DNA from: an uncultured Acidobacteriota bacterium
GTDB taxonomy: Bacteria; Acidobacteriota; Thermoanaerobaculia; Multivoradales; UBA5704
NCBI GenBank assembly: GCA_963770895.1
Contig: CAVYRF010000002.1
Coordinates: forward strand, 928,001-992,000
Direction: 5' to 3'
DNA: 64,000 nucleotides
Part shown: positions 38,943-49,040 of the stretch, piece after piece
Numbering within the stretch: the first letter of the stretch is position 1
Layout of the letters: each line of letters begins with the position of its first letter
Notes under the pieces: generated by a model
The model's input: only the letters and a program-made list of their open reading frames with translations
Databases searched by the model: none
What the model was told of the DNA's origin: nothing
Translations under genes and position numbers: made by a program

Positions 38943-39803
38943 TCAAGGCGTGCCCTGGGCCTCGCCGGTCATCGGCACGAAGAGGACCGGCAGCACCTCG
39001 TGCCGGTCGATGGCGCCGTCGCGGCCCTTGGTGAGGACCGTCAGCGTCTGCTTGCCGGAGCCGACCGGCAGCACCATGCGGCCGCCCCGCTTGAGCTGGG
39101 CGAGCAGCGGCCGCGGCACCGCGGGCGGGGCGGCGGTCAGGATGATGGCGTCAAAAGGCGCCGCCGCGGGCCAGCCGCGGTATCCGTCGCCCACCCGCAC
39201 GTGCACGTTGCGAACGCCGAGGCGGTCCAGGACGGCCTGCGCGCGCGCCCCCAGCTCGGGCAGGATCTCCATGCTGTAGACCTGGCCCGCCAGGTGCGAC
39301 AACACCGCCGCCTGATAGCCGGAACCGGTGCCGATCTCCAGCACCCGCGCCCCCGGCGTCAGCTCCAGCAAGGAGCTCATCAGCGCCACGATGTAAGGCT
39401 GCGAGATCGTCTGGGAGCTGCCGATGGGCAGCGGGCGGTCCTCGTACGCCTGGTCGCGCTCGTCCTCGGGCACGAAGAGGTGCCGCGGCACGTCCGTCAT
39501 CGCGGCAAGGACGCGCGCGTCGGTCACGCCGCGGCCACGGATCACTTCGACCATCCGCAGGCGGAGGCGCCGCATCTCCTGCTCCGGGCCGTCGCCCGCC
39601 GGGTGGTCGTCCTGGGTCGCTCGCGCGGTCATGGTGCCATCCGTGGGAGGCGCAGCGGCAGGGGCACGCGCTGCCGCCAATGCTTCCGGCAGTGCCGGCA
39701 CTGCCGGCGAAGCCAGCGTTGCCAGCAGCACGATAGAAGCCCACAGCAGCGCACGCCCGGACCTGGCGGCGGCCGCCGCGGCGCCGCCGGCGTCAGTGCT
39801 CAT
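38943..39803 (-). CDS. pcm: Protein-L-isoaspartate O-methyltransferase (copy 1)
   Basis: [46 protein letters not shown]. Confidence 0.92.
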   Translation of the reverse strand: MSTDAGGAAAAAARSGRALLWASIVLLATLASPAVPALPEALAAARAPAAAPPTDGTMTARATQDDHPAGDGPEQEMRRLRLRMVEVIRGRGVTDARVLAAMTDVPRHLFVPEDERDQAYEDRPLPIGSSQTISQPYIVALMSSLLELTPGARVLEIGTGSGYQAAVLSHLAGQVYSMEILPELGARAQAVLDRLGVRNVHVRVGDGYRGWPAAAPFDAIILTAAPPAVPRPLLAQLKRGGRMVLPVGSGKQTLTVLTKGRDGAIDRHEVLPVLFVPMTGEAQGTP

Positions 39804-40596
39804 CCTGGACTTGGCCGGTCATCGGCGAAACCCGCACCGGGATCACCGGGTGCCGCTCGATGCCGTGCGGGGTCTTGGTGAGGACCTGCAGGTCCTGCAC
39901 CGGCCCGCCCACCGCCACCACCATCTTGCCACCGATGCGCAGCTGGTCGATGAGCGGCTGCGGAATGCGCCGCGGCGCCGCCGAGATGAGGATGGCGTTG
40001 AACGGCGCCTTGTCGGGCAGGCCCAGATAGCCGTCACCCACCCGCACCTGGACGTTCTGGTATCCCATGACGGCAAGCGATCGCTCCGCCTGGCTGGCGA
40101 CCACCGGGTCGATCTCGATCGAGTACACCTGGCGGGCGATGCGCGACAGCACCGCCGCGTGGTAGCCGGTGCCGGTGCCGACTTCCAGCACGGTATCGCT
40201 CTGCTTGAGGTCGAGCAGCGAAGTCATCAGCGCCACCACGTAGGGCTGGTAGATCGTCCGCCCCGGTCCCAGCTGCAGGGCGCGGTCGGCGTAGGCTTCG
40301 CCGCGCATGCTCTCGGGCAGGAAGAGGTGGCGCGGCACCTGGTCCATGGCGGCGAGCACCTCCGGCTGGTTGATGCCGCGCCGCCGCAGCTGCTGCTCGA
40401 TCATCGCCCGCCGCAAGCCGCGGTAGAGGTCCGGCCGCGCCACCATGCGGCCCGGTCCGAAGTGCGGCCGCCCGTGGGGGTGCGGCGCGCCCGGCGGCTG
40501 CCCCGCGAGGCACGGCGCCGCCAGCCCGAGGCAGGCGGCAAGGCCACAGAGCAGGCCTGCCCGCCACCGCCGCCAGGGGTGGCGCCCGGCGCGCAT
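39793..40596 (-). CDS. pcm: Protein-L-isoaspartate O-methyltransferase (copy 2, divergent)
   Basis: [38 protein letters not shown]. Confidence 0.88.
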   Translation of the reverse strand: MRAGRHPWRRWRAGLLCGLAACLGLAAPCLAGQPPGAPHPHGRPHFGPGRMVARPDLYRGLRRAMIEQQLRRRGINQPEVLAAMDQVPRHLFLPESMRGEAYADRALQLGPGRTIYQPYVVALMTSLLDLKQSDTVLEVGTGTGYHAAVLSRIARQVYSIEIDPVVASQAERSLAVMGYQNVQVRVGDGYLGLPDKAPFNAILISAAPRRIPQPLIDQLRIGGKMVVAVGGPVQDLQVLTKTPHGIERHPVIPVRVSPMTGQVQDEH

Positions 40597-40598
40597 GC

Positions 40599-42344
40599 TC
40601 ACCGGTGCGGCTCCTCCGCCGCGGCCGCGGTGCCTGCAACCCCCGCAGCCCCCGCCCCCCCTCCCACCCCCGCAGCATCGCGCCGGTACACCACCTTGCC
40701 GTCGACCAGGGTGAGGTCGATGGGGGCGCGCGCCATGTCGGCCTCGGGCACCGTCATCGGGTCGCGGGCGAACACCACCAGGTCGGCGCGCTTGCCCACC
40801 GCCAGCGACCCCACCTCGCCGTCCAGGAAGAGCGACCAGGCTGCGTCCAGGGTGAAGCCGCGCAGCGCCTCCTCGCGGCTGAGGCGCTCGCCCGGCTGCC
40901 AGCCGCCGGGGGGCTGCCCGGCAAGGTCCTGCCGGGTGACCGCCGCGTACAGGCCCAGGCGGGGATCGGGCGATTCCACCGGAAAGTCGCTGCCCAGCGC
41001 CAGCCGGCCGCCCGCCGCCAGCACCTTGCGCCAGGCATAGGCGCCGCGCAGCCGCGCCGCCCCCAGGCGGTCTTCCGCCCACGGCATGTCGGAGGTGGCA
41101 TGGGTCGGCTGCATCGAGGCGACGATCCCCAGCCGCGCCATGCGCTGGATGTCCTCCAGCCGCAGCACCTGCGCGTGCTCCAGACGGAAGCGCAGGTCGG
41201 GGCGGGGACCGCCGCCCATCGCCGCCTGCATGGCGTCGAGCGCCAGCAGCCCGCCGCGATCGCCGATGGCATGGATCGCCACCTGGAAGCCGCGTTCGAC
41301 GGCGCGGCGCGCCACCGCTTCCATGTGGGCGGACGAGGTCACCACCAGCCCCAGGTTGCCCGGATCGTCGCTGTACCCCTCCAGCAGCGCCGCGCCGCGG
41401 CTGCCCAGGGCACCGTCGGCGTACATCTTGACGCCGCGCACCGTGATCCGCGCCTCCGGGTCGATCTGCGGCCCGCGCGCGAACCACCGGTCGAGGACCG
41501 GCTGGCGATCGGCGATGAACAGTGCGGCGCGCAGCGGCAGCTGGCCCGCCTGGCGCACCGCTTCGTAGGCCTCGTACTCCGGCTGGTCGATCCCCATGTC
41601 GGTGACCGTCGTCAGACCGCGCTCGACGCAGTAGCGCGCCGCCGCGGCCAGCTGGCGGCGGAGGTCGGCGGGGGTCGGCTCCGGCAGACGCCCCAATTCC
41701 ATGGCGCGGTCGAGCAGCACGCCGGTGGGGCGGCCGGCCGCATCGCGCAGCAAGCGGCCGCCCGGCGGATCGGGCGTCGCCGCCGAGACGCCGAACGCCG
41801 CCATGGCGCGGGCGTTGACCAGCGCCGCGTGGCCGTCGACGCGGGTCAGCCAGACCGGGTGGTCGGGGACCGCCTGCGACAGCGCTTCGTGGGTCGGGAA
41901 GCTCTTGCCGGGCCAGTGGTTCTGGTCCCATCCGCGGCCCAGCACCCAGGCCCCCGCCGGCCGCCCCGCCGCCGCCTGGCGCACCCGGCGCACCACCTCG
42001 GCGAAGCTGTCGGCGGCGCGCAGGTCGACCTGCTCCAGGTCCGATCCCAGCCCACCCAGGTGGGAGTGGGCGTCGATCAGTCCGGGTGTCACGGCCCGCC
42101 CGGCCAGGTCGATGACCTGGGTCGAAGGCCCGCGCCGCGCCAGCGCCCCGGCATCGTCACCGATGTAGACGATGCGGCCGCCACGCACCGCCAGGCCGCC
42201 CGCGACGCGGCCGGGCGGCGCGACCGGATACAGCACGCCGTGCACCAAGATGAGGTCGGCCGCGTCCTCCGAAAAGGATGGCGCCGCCGCTGTCATGAGC
42301 CACGTCACAGCCAGGGCGATCCCGAGCGAAACCCTTGAAATCAT
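40599..42344 (-). CDS. Amidohydrolase 3 (YtcJ-like), signal peptide
   Basis: PGLIDAHSH, DGALGSRGA, HAIGD, RLEHAQ, SMQPTH, GSDFPVE. Confidence 0.92.
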   Translation of the reverse strand: MISRVSLGIALAVTWLMTAAAPSFSEDAADLILVHGVLYPVAPPGRVAGGLAVRGGRIVYIGDDAGALARRGPSTQVIDLAGRAVTPGLIDAHSHLGGLGSDLEQVDLRAADSFAEVVRRVRQAAAGRPAGAWVLGRGWDQNHWPGKSFPTHEALSQAVPDHPVWLTRVDGHAALVNARAMAAFGVSAATPDPPGGRLLRDAAGRPTGVLLDRAMELGRLPEPTPADLRRQLAAAARYCVERGLTTVTDMGIDQPEYEAYEAVRQAGQLPLRAALFIADRQPVLDRWFARGPQIDPEARITVRGVKMYADGALGSRGAALLEGYSDDPGNLGLVVTSSAHMEAVARRAVERGFQVAIHAIGDRGGLLALDAMQAAMGGGPRPDLRFRLEHAQVLRLEDIQRMARLGIVASMQPTHATSDMPWAEDRLGAARLRGAYAWRKVLAAGGRLALGSDFPVESPDPRLGLYAAVTRQDLAGQPPGGWQPGERLSREEALRGFTLDAAWSLFLDGEVGSLAVGKRADLVVFARDPMTVPEADMARAPIDLTLVDGKVVYRRDAAGVGGGAGAAGVAGTAAAAEEPHR

Positions 42345-42452
42345 TTCAATTTCCCATGGTCAAACCCGGTCATTCTGCCAGGGCGGAAGTGCAAAGTCCA
42401 AGCCACCGCCAGCCGGCCCGCCGGCGCGATCCGGGCCGCTATACTGCGCAGC

Positions 42453-43952
42453 ATGCCGCAACCCGCTCTGACGCAGCTGGACGACATCCTGACGCGGCTC
42501 GACCGGCTGATCGCCGGTTCCCCCGCCGACAGCACCGAAGCCGCCTGGATCGAGGTGCGCCGCGCCGCAGGATCGAACGGCAACGGCAGCGCGGCAGCGG
42601 CCGGCAGCAGTCCCGCGGCACCGCGCGAGCGCACCCTGCTGATTCGTGTGCGCCAGAGCGGCCGCACCGGCCTCCACCGCACCGGCGCCGGCGATCCGTC
42701 GGAACTGGAAAACGCCCTGCGCGACGCCCTGGCCCAGGCCCGGCTGGCGGCGCCCACCCCCGCCGAGCCGCTGGCCGGCGCCGCCGAACCCGCGACGCGC
42801 CCCGACGGCCGCGCCCCCGAAGAGCCGGCGACGCTCTACGACCCCGAAATCGCCGAGCTCGCCCCCGCCCGCGCCCGCGAGCTGCTGGACAGCCGTGCCG
42901 AGCGCGGCGAAGACCTGCACCTGGGCTGGCTGGAAGGCCGCGTCGCGGTCGCCAACAGCGCCGGCCTGCGGCGCGCCGTGCGGGTCACCGCGGTCACCAT
43001 GACCGCCAGCTGCGGCCAGGGCCCCGGCGCCGGGCGAGCGGCCGGCGCCGCCAGGAGGCTGCAACACCTGGGCGCCGCCACCCTCCTGGACCGAGCGCGG
43101 CGCCGCCACCCCCCCGCCGGCGCCGTCGCCGAATCGCTAGCCTCAGGCGCGCCCGCAACCTGGGCTGCCACAATGGCAGAGGCCGCGGCGCCAACGCCAG
43201 CGGAATCGCCGGCGGCAGCGGAGGCAGAAGCGCTGGAGCAAGCGGCGATCGCGCTGGAACGGCCGCAGGGCCCGGCGATGGTCCTGTCCGAGCAGGCCAC
43301 CGCCGCCCTGCTCGACCTGCTCAACCGCCACGCGCTGGCCGCCGCCGCCTACCGCGACCCCGCCGGATGGCTGCACGGCAAGCTGGGCCAGGCCCTGTTC
43401 GCCCCCTGCCTCCACCTGCGCGACGACGCCACCGATCCCGCGACGCTCGCCTTCCCCTTCGACCTTGCCGGCTGGGCCAAGCGCCCGGTGGACATGATCG
43501 TCGCCGGCACCCTGGTCAGCCCCGCGATCGACCCCGCCCTGGGCCGCGAGCTGGGACGCTCCCCCACTCCCCACGCCATGGCCTCCGACGAGTCGATCGC
43601 CACCAACCTGCTGGTCCTCCCCGCCGCCGGCGCCGGGTTCGCCGAAGACGACCTGCTGCGCCAGGCCGAAGGCGGCCTCTGGATCGCCGCCCTCACCAAC
43701 CTGCACTGCTTCGACGCCCGCAACCTCCGCTTCCGCGCCATCGCCCGCGGCGTCCGCCGCATCCAGGCCGGCGCCCGCACCGCCCCCCTCCCCGACCTCC
43801 TATGGGAAGACCACCTGCCCGCCGTCCTGCGTCACATCCAAGCGCTGGGCAGCCACCCCGTAGCCATCGCCACCCAGGACCCCCTCTTCGGCGCCATCGT
43901 CGCCCCCCTAACCCTCCTCCACCCCACCCACCCCCCCACCGCCGTCCCCTGA
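42453..43952 (+). CDS. TldD/PmbA family protein (PmbA-like, no HExxH seen)
   Basis: VANSAG, LRDDA...PFDLAG, TPHAM..TNL, GLWI. Confidence 0.75.
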   Translation: MPQPALTQLDDILTRLDRLIAGSPADSTEAAWIEVRRAAGSNGNGSAAAAGSSPAAPRERTLLIRVRQSGRTGLHRTGAGDPSELENALRDALAQARLAAPTPAEPLAGAAEPATRPDGRAPEEPATLYDPEIAELAPARARELLDSRAERGEDLHLGWLEGRVAVANSAGLRRAVRVTAVTMTASCGQGPGAGRAAGAARRLQHLGAATLLDRARRRHPPAGAVAESLASGAPATWAATMAEAAAPTPAESPAAAEAEALEQAAIALERPQGPAMVLSEQATAALLDLLNRHALAAAAYRDPAGWLHGKLGQALFAPCLHLRDDATDPATLAFPFDLAGWAKRPVDMIVAGTLVSPAIDPALGRELGRSPTPHAMASDESIATNLLVLPAAGAGFAEDDLLRQAEGGLWIAALTNLHCFDARNLRFRAIARGVRRIQAGARTAPLPDLLWEDHLPAVLRHIQALGSHPVAIATQDPLFGAIVAPLTLLHPTHPPTAVP

Positions 43953-44255
43953 CCCCAATCCACCGCGGTCAAGGCTCGCCCAGCAGCCGCGTAGGGAGCT
44001 CTCCATTGCGATCCAGGCCCCGTGGCCGCGGTCGCGATCCTGGCGGATCAGAATCGCGCTATCCACAGCGTTGCGCCCGCGGGTCGAACTGCGCAGCGCC
44101 GCCGCCCGCTGCCAGAAATCCGGACCCGCCGCCCCCAGAGCCCGCTCAAGAATCACACGATGCTCCGCCTCCGCCGATCGCCCATTCTCCGCCGCCCGGA
44201 CCTTCAACCGCCTGACCAGCTCAGGGTCAAGATTGCGCACCGTCAGCCGTGCCAC
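43908..44255 (-). CDS. FitA/Arc-like ribbon-helix-helix antitoxin (orphan; C-terminus probably spurious read-through)
   Basis: VARLTVRNLDPELVRRLKVRAAENGRSAEAEHRVIL...DSAILIRQDRD. Confidence 0.8.
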   Translation of the reverse strand: MARLTVRNLDPELVRRLKVRAAENGRSAEAEHRVILERALGAAGPDFWQRAAALRSSTRGRNAVDSAILIRQDRDRGHGAWIAMESSLRGCWASLDRGGLGSGDGGGGVGGVEEG

Positions 44256-44288
44256 AGGAGCGCCCCTTCTCGCCAACAAGGCCTTCAT

Positions 44289-44305
44289 TGACAGCAATGC
44301 CATCA
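44289..44305. promoter_or_regulatory. Putative RHH antitoxin autoregulatory operator
   Basis: Imperfect palindrome TGACAGCA-A-TGCCATCA about 35 bp upstream of the antitoxin, resembling FitA-type TGATAGCA half-sites. Confidence 0.5.
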
Positions 44306-44530
44306 CTCTTTGTGAGGCACCAAGCCGCCAGAATTGATGCCGCCGGACCGCGCGGGCGCGGGGGTTTCCGTACGGCGACCACATCATGTGGCGCAAAGAC
44401 CAAGAAATTCACTCCAGCGCTACGTCTGAAGGTACCGAGAGCGACTGCCGAACCCCACCCGGCAGGTTCTGTTATTATCGATGAAGACATAGAAATGCGA
44501 AGTAATCCGAGGCATGGAGGGATCACCCTG

Positions 44531-44947
44531 ATGACGGATCTCAGTGCGCGAACATGGTTTGGTCGCGAGCGCCGAACTCACTTCGGGGTTTGTAGCTGCC
44601 TTTATTGGGCGCTCATGCTGGTCGCCTCATACGGAATGGCTCGGGCCGACACACCAGCGAAAAACGACGCTACGATACCGGCCCTCTCCTCGGCCATCGA
44701 CCTACAGCCTGCTCCACAGACCATCGTATTCGGAGCGGGGGGAGCGGCCAACACCTGCACGGACGGCAAACAGCATCTCCGGAAAGCGTCCGTCTGTACC
44801 GAACCGGTATCGCCAGCAGATGGCTGTACCAACCAGTGCCGCTCCTACATCTATGATCGCGTGTTTTGTGTTGTCTGCTGCGACTGCTGCACCGTTGCGA
44901 CCCTTCCTCCCTCCTGCTCGTGCTCGTCCGACTGCATAACAGATTGA
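44531..44947 (+). CDS. Secreted cysteine-rich peptide precursor (12 Cys in the C-terminal about 63 aa)
   Basis: GGAGG SD; hydrophobic leader ending ARA|D; Cys-dense C-terminus. Confidence 0.72.
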   Translation: MTDLSARTWFGRERRTHFGVCSCLYWALMLVASYGMARADTPAKNDATIPALSSAIDLQPAPQTIVFGAGGAANTCTDGKQHLRKASVCTEPVSPADGCTNQCRSYIYDRVFCVVCCDCCTVATLPPSCSCSSDCITD

Positions 44948-44960
44948 ATAGGACTAAGGT

Positions 44961-46109
44961 ATGCATATGCGCACCACGGCTGTCTGCATCTCAGCGTTCC
45001 TTGGGTTGTCCGTAGGAGCCCTTTCGCAGGCGCCGGTGGCGCAGAGTGCGGGTTACGCGAAGATCCGCTTGATCAGGGTTGGTGCGCCGCCGCTCGACAA
45101 GGCGGAGACGACGCAGTTTCTGGCGGCGAATGCGAAGGGCCATCCTTTGCTGTTGCGGGGGGATACGTTCGAAGTGTTCAGCCAGGGCGCGGATGGGGAA
45201 TTCGATCACCGCCATGGCGTGCTGGCCTGCGATCACTTCGATGCCCCGGCGTATGCCGCGGCAATGGACCCGGTGAGCCAGACCTGGGTGGTGGGGTCGA
45301 TGCAGGAGGTGGCGCTGTGCGACTTCTCGCGGCAGGAGCGCCCGCAGGGACTGCACTGGACGGTGTCGTCGCTGGCTTATGGGGCGTCGGGTCCGTTGGT
45401 GGGGGTCACATCGCTGGGTCCTCGGCCGGACGCCGCGGCGGATCGCTTCCAGAAGACCATACCGCGGGTGTTCGGCATCACGGACGGACGCTGGCAGCCG
45501 ATTGCCTGGGCGCCCGTCGAGCGGCTCAAGGAATTACCGCCCAACCCCATCGAGATCCTGCTGCAGGGCAAAGCCAGCAGCGACGCCCTGCTTTGCTCCG
45601 GGCCGAAGAGCGCCTTGTGGACCGCCGCCTGGAACAGCTACCGCCTGCAGAAGCTCTCCTCTTCCGCAAAACCCGATCGCGAGATCGTGGTCGGCACCGG
45701 CGAGGTGGAATGGCAGAAGCTCGATGCCAAGGAGCAGGCGCAGGAGGCGCGCGTCAGCGCGGCGCAGGGAGCCAACGGCGCCCTGCCGCCCTCCGCGGCG
45801 GGCGTGCCCCGCGGCGTCGTGCGGGCGCTGGTGTGCAGCCGGGACGGAGATCTCTACCTGGTGGTGTCGACTTCCGAAGGGCTGGCCCTCGATCGCTTCA
45901 ATCCCTCGCAGAACCTGCTGGAGCGGGTGATGCTCGAGGGGGCGACGGTCTCATCCGGCCCGATGACGGCGGTGCTGACCGGCGACCAGCTCTGGCTGGG
46001 CGGCCGGCTGGCAGCCGACGGACTGTGGCGAATTCCGACGGAAACCCTCGCCAACGCCCACTGGAAGCCCGTCAAGAACGCCTTTGCAGACGGCAAGCCC
46101 CTGAGCTGA
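44961..46109 (+). CDS. Secreted hypothetical protein, beta-propeller-like
   Basis: Signal peptide, repeated beta-strand/Gly-Asp pattern; 13 bp after the Cys-rich gene. Confidence 0.75.
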   Translation: MHMRTTAVCISAFLGLSVGALSQAPVAQSAGYAKIRLIRVGAPPLDKAETTQFLAANAKGHPLLLRGDTFEVFSQGADGEFDHRHGVLACDHFDAPAYAAAMDPVSQTWVVGSMQEVALCDFSRQERPQGLHWTVSSLAYGASGPLVGVTSLGPRPDAAADRFQKTIPRVFGITDGRWQPIAWAPVERLKELPPNPIEILLQGKASSDALLCSGPKSALWTAAWNSYRLQKLSSSAKPDREIVVGTGEVEWQKLDAKEQAQEARVSAAQGANGALPPSAAGVPRGVVRALVCSRDGDLYLVVSTSEGLALDRFNPSQNLLERVMLEGATVSSGPMTAVLTGDQLWLGGRLAADGLWRIPTETLANAHWKPVKNAFADGKPLS

Positions 46110-46218
46110 GGGACAGGAGCCGCTGCTGTCGAATCAAAGACGCGGCGACGCCAGACCCCGACAAGGCTCCGAGATGGATCAAACGCTGCGCGCCGATGGC
46201 CCGCGGGCGGCGCCGGGG

Positions 46219-48006
46219 TCAGGCGGGATTGCGGCGGAGCAGGACGACGGTCTGGTCGTCGCCTTGGGGGAGGCCGGCGGAGAAGGCGGCGGTGGCGGCT
46301 TGGATGGCGTCCAGGATGTGTTGCAGGGGGCGGTCGCTGTGCTCTTGCAGCACGGCGAGCAGGCGCGCGGTGCCGAACTCTTCTTCGGCGGCGGATTCGG
46401 CTTCGGTGATGCCGTCGCTGTAGATGCACAGCAGGTCGCCGGGCTGCAGGTCGACGGCGCGGGTGGTGAAGCGGCTGCCGGGCAGGACGCCGATGGGCAG
46501 GCCGGTGGAGCCCAGCTGTTCGTGCCCGCCGCTCTCCGCCGCTCCCGCTCCCGCCCCCGCTCCGGCGCCGTCACCCTGGCCGGCTCCAGGCCCGGCGGCG
46601 GGGTGGCGGTGCAGCAGCAGGGCGGGGTTGTGGCCGGCGTTGAGGTAGGTCAGCGAGCCGCTTGCGGGGTCCAGGTCGGCCAGCAGCAGGGTGATGAACT
46701 TGTTGGAGGCGCTCGATTCCAGGACGTGGCGGTTGAGGCGTTCGAAGAGCTCGGGGCCGAAGCCGGCCTGGTCGAGCAGCAGGTGGAGCGCCGAATGCAG
46801 GGTGGACACCATCAGTGCGGCGGGCATGCCCTTGCCGGAAACGTCTCCCACCACCAGGCCGACGCGGCCGTTCTGGCGCACGAAGAGGTCGTAGTAGTCG
46901 CCGCCGATCTGGCGCGCGGGGCGGTTCCAGCCGAGCAGCTCGTAACCGGCGACCTGCGGCGCTTCGCGCGGCAGGATGCGGCGCTGGATGTCGGCGGCAA
47001 GGTGCATCTCGCGCTCGAGGCGCTCCTGCTCCAGGGCCTGCAGGTGGAGGCGGGCATTTTCCAGCGCGATGGCGGCCTGGTTGGCAAACAGACCCAGGGT
47101 GCGCAGGTCGGAGGACGGGAAGGGGCCGACGCCGCGGCGGCTCTCCTTGTCCCCCACCGCCAGCAGGCCGCGCGGGCTGCCTTCGATGTCGATCGGCACG
47201 CCCATCAGGTAGCGGGCGCCGGGCAGCAGCTCGGCCGGAGCGGCACCGCTGCCGGCAAGGAACAGCAGCAGCTCGGTATTGGCGCTGTCGAACCAGGGCG
47301 CGGCGTCGCCGCCGAAGGTGCGCTGCAGGCGATAGCGGCCGTTTTCGACGATGTACAGGGCGCCGCGCCGCGCGTCGAGCAGCGACACGGCGCGCAGCAG
47401 GATCTCTTCGCTGAGCTTTTCCAGGTCCAGGGTGGCGGCGACCGCCAGGCCCACGTCGTAGAGCGATTCCAGCTCGACGACGCGGTAGTTGACCTGGAAC
47501 TGCTGGTCCTTCAGCTCCTGGCGCAACCGCATCACCTTGAGCGCCGATCCCAGCAGCGCCGCGACGGCGAGCGGCAGCGGCGTCGCGCCGTCGTCAGCCC
47601 CGGCCGCCGCCGCGCCGGCCGCGGCCCCGGCGCCGTCCAGCGCGTGCTGCGGGGCATACAGCAGGCCCCCGGGAAGGTGCAGCAGCACGTCGGCCGGATC
47701 GGCCGCCGCCGGGTCGAGCACCTTCGGCAGCGCCCGCCGCTGATCGCCGGCGGAGGTCAGCGGCGGCGGCGAAGCCGGCGCCGCGGCATGCGACGCCGGG
47801 GTCAGCGGGATCAGCGGGGTCACCAGCTCCAGCTGGTGGCGGCCTTCCCGTTCTACGTAGAGGGCGGCGCAGGAGGCGCCGTTGGCGTCGCGCCAGAACG
47901 CCAGCAGGCGCTCGACCACGGCCCGCTCGCCCAGCTCGTCCTGCGACAGCACCAGCAGCTCGCGCCAGGTGTCCGGCGCCAGCCACGCTCCCGGCGAAGC
48001 GGCCAC
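46219..48006 (-). CDS. GAF plus PP2C/SpoIIE (RsbU-like) phosphatase
   Basis: GGDYYD, VGDVSGKGMPAAL, NAGHNP, YSDGITEA, DDQT. Confidence 0.92.
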   Translation of the reverse strand: MAASPGAWLAPDTWRELLVLSQDELGERAVVERLLAFWRDANGASCAALYVEREGRHQLELVTPLIPLTPASHAAAPASPPPLTSAGDQRRALPKVLDPAAADPADVLLHLPGGLLYAPQHALDGAGAAAGAAAAGADDGATPLPLAVAALLGSALKVMRLRQELKDQQFQVNYRVVELESLYDVGLAVAATLDLEKLSEEILLRAVSLLDARRGALYIVENGRYRLQRTFGGDAAPWFDSANTELLLFLAGSGAAPAELLPGARYLMGVPIDIEGSPRGLLAVGDKESRRGVGPFPSSDLRTLGLFANQAAIALENARLHLQALEQERLEREMHLAADIQRRILPREAPQVAGYELLGWNRPARQIGGDYYDLFVRQNGRVGLVVGDVSGKGMPAALMVSTLHSALHLLLDQAGFGPELFERLNRHVLESSASNKFITLLLADLDPASGSLTYLNAGHNPALLLHRHPAAGPGAGQGDGAGAGAGAGAAESGGHEQLGSTGLPIGVLPGSRFTTRAVDLQPGDLLCIYSDGITEAESAAEEEFGTARLLAVLQEHSDRPLQHILDAIQAATAAFSAGLPQGDDQTVVLLRRNPA

Positions 48007-48016
48007 CGCGGCCGCC

Positions 48017-48373
48017 TCAAGCCGAGAGCCCGGCAATCGCGCTCTCCTCGCTGGCGAAGATGGGCGCGTACTGCGCGAGACCCATGATGTGGAAGGTCTT
48101 TTCGATGGTGGCGGTCAGGCAGCAGAAGCCCAGCTTGCCTTCGATCTCGATCATCTTTTCGATGATCTCGATCAGGATGGAAATGCCGATGGAGTTGACG
48201 ATCTTGGTGCCCGCGAGGTTGAGCAGCAGGACCTTGAAGCCCTCATCGATCAACTTGTAGGCGGCGCGCGCGATCTCTTCGCCGCCCTGGTTGTTGATGT
48301 AACCCTCGGTATAGATCACCGCCAGGCCGGCGCGGCGGTCCACGGTCAGATTCAGGCTTTCGGTCATCGACAT
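48017..48373 (-). CDS. STAS-domain anti-sigma factor antagonist (RsbV-like)
   Basis: LLNLAGTKIVNSIGISIL with conserved phosphoacceptor Ser. Confidence 0.88.
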   Translation of the reverse strand: MSMTESLNLTVDRRAGLAVIYTEGYINNQGGEEIARAAYKLIDEGFKVLLLNLAGTKIVNSIGISILIEIIEKMIEIEGKLGFCCLTATIEKTFHIMGLAQYAPIFASEESAIAGLSA

Positions 48374-48381
48374 CCCCGCTT

Positions 48382-48819
48382 TCAACGCAGCTTGCTCATC
48401 ACGACGATCGTGCCTTCGGCTCCGGAATGGATCTCCACTTCGTCCATCAGGCCGCGGATGATCTTGAGGCCCCAGCCCCGCTTGCGGCTGGCCTTCAGCT
48501 TATCCTCGATACGGGGTTCGGCCATATGCGTGGACTCGAAGCCGACTCCGGTATCCCGCACCGTGATGCGCAACTTTTCGGGAAGGTCTTTGTCGCCGAG
48601 GACCTGGAAGGTTACGTAGACTTCCCGCTCGCGCGCGTGGCTGTGTTCGATCGCGTTGATGCAGGCCTCAACCACCGCCATCTGCACCTCGCCGATCCGA
48701 TCGGGGCTCATCCGCATCGATTCGGCGACAGCAGTCGCCGTCTTGCCCGCCTCGATCTCGATCTCGGGCACCATCGGCAGCGCCAGCGTGACCTCCCTCA
48801 GCACAACGTCACCAGCCAT
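48382..48819 (-). CDS. Anti-sigma factor Ser kinase (RsbW-like HATPase)
   Basis: AVVEACINAIEHS, VRDTGVGF, RGWGLKIIRGLMDEV. Confidence 0.92.
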   Translation of the reverse strand: MAGDVVLREVTLALPMVPEIEIEAGKTATAVAESMRMSPDRIGEVQMAVVEACINAIEHSHAREREVYVTFQVLGDKDLPEKLRITVRDTGVGFESTHMAEPRIEDKLKASRKRGWGLKIIRGLMDEVEIHSGAEGTIVVMSKLR

Positions 48820-48848
48820 GTCCGTGCAGTAGCGAGTGAGAATCGCCT

Positions 48849-49007
48849 TCAGAAGGACAGGTAGAGCTGCAGAGCGTAGACCACGATGGGATGCACCAGT
48901 CCGTGTGCCAGCAGCCAGCCGAAGCTGGTCAAGGTTGCAGCGGACAGTAGCACCTTCACCGGCACCTGGGGAACGGCGGTCACGTACCTGCGGACCAGAT
49001 CGGGCAT
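48849..49007 (-). CDS. Small hydrophobic protein, first gene of the partner-switching operon
   Basis: GAGGAG before ATG 49007 (alternative ATG 49022); hydrophobic C-terminal half. Confidence 0.55.
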   Translation of the reverse strand: MPDLVRRYVTAVPQVPVKVLLSAATLTSFGWLLAHGLVHPIVVYALQLYLSF

Positions 49008-49040
49008 TCGAGTTCTCCTCATCCTCGTCACCCTCCTGTC

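Noticed and set aside
44370-44455. Possible c-di-GMP-I riboswitch upstream of the Cys-rich gene (GCGCAAAG...CTGCCGAA, palindrome CCACATCATGTGG)
   Set aside because: It lacks the GNRA-capped stem and the pairing I would need; only an Rfam cmscan could rescue it.
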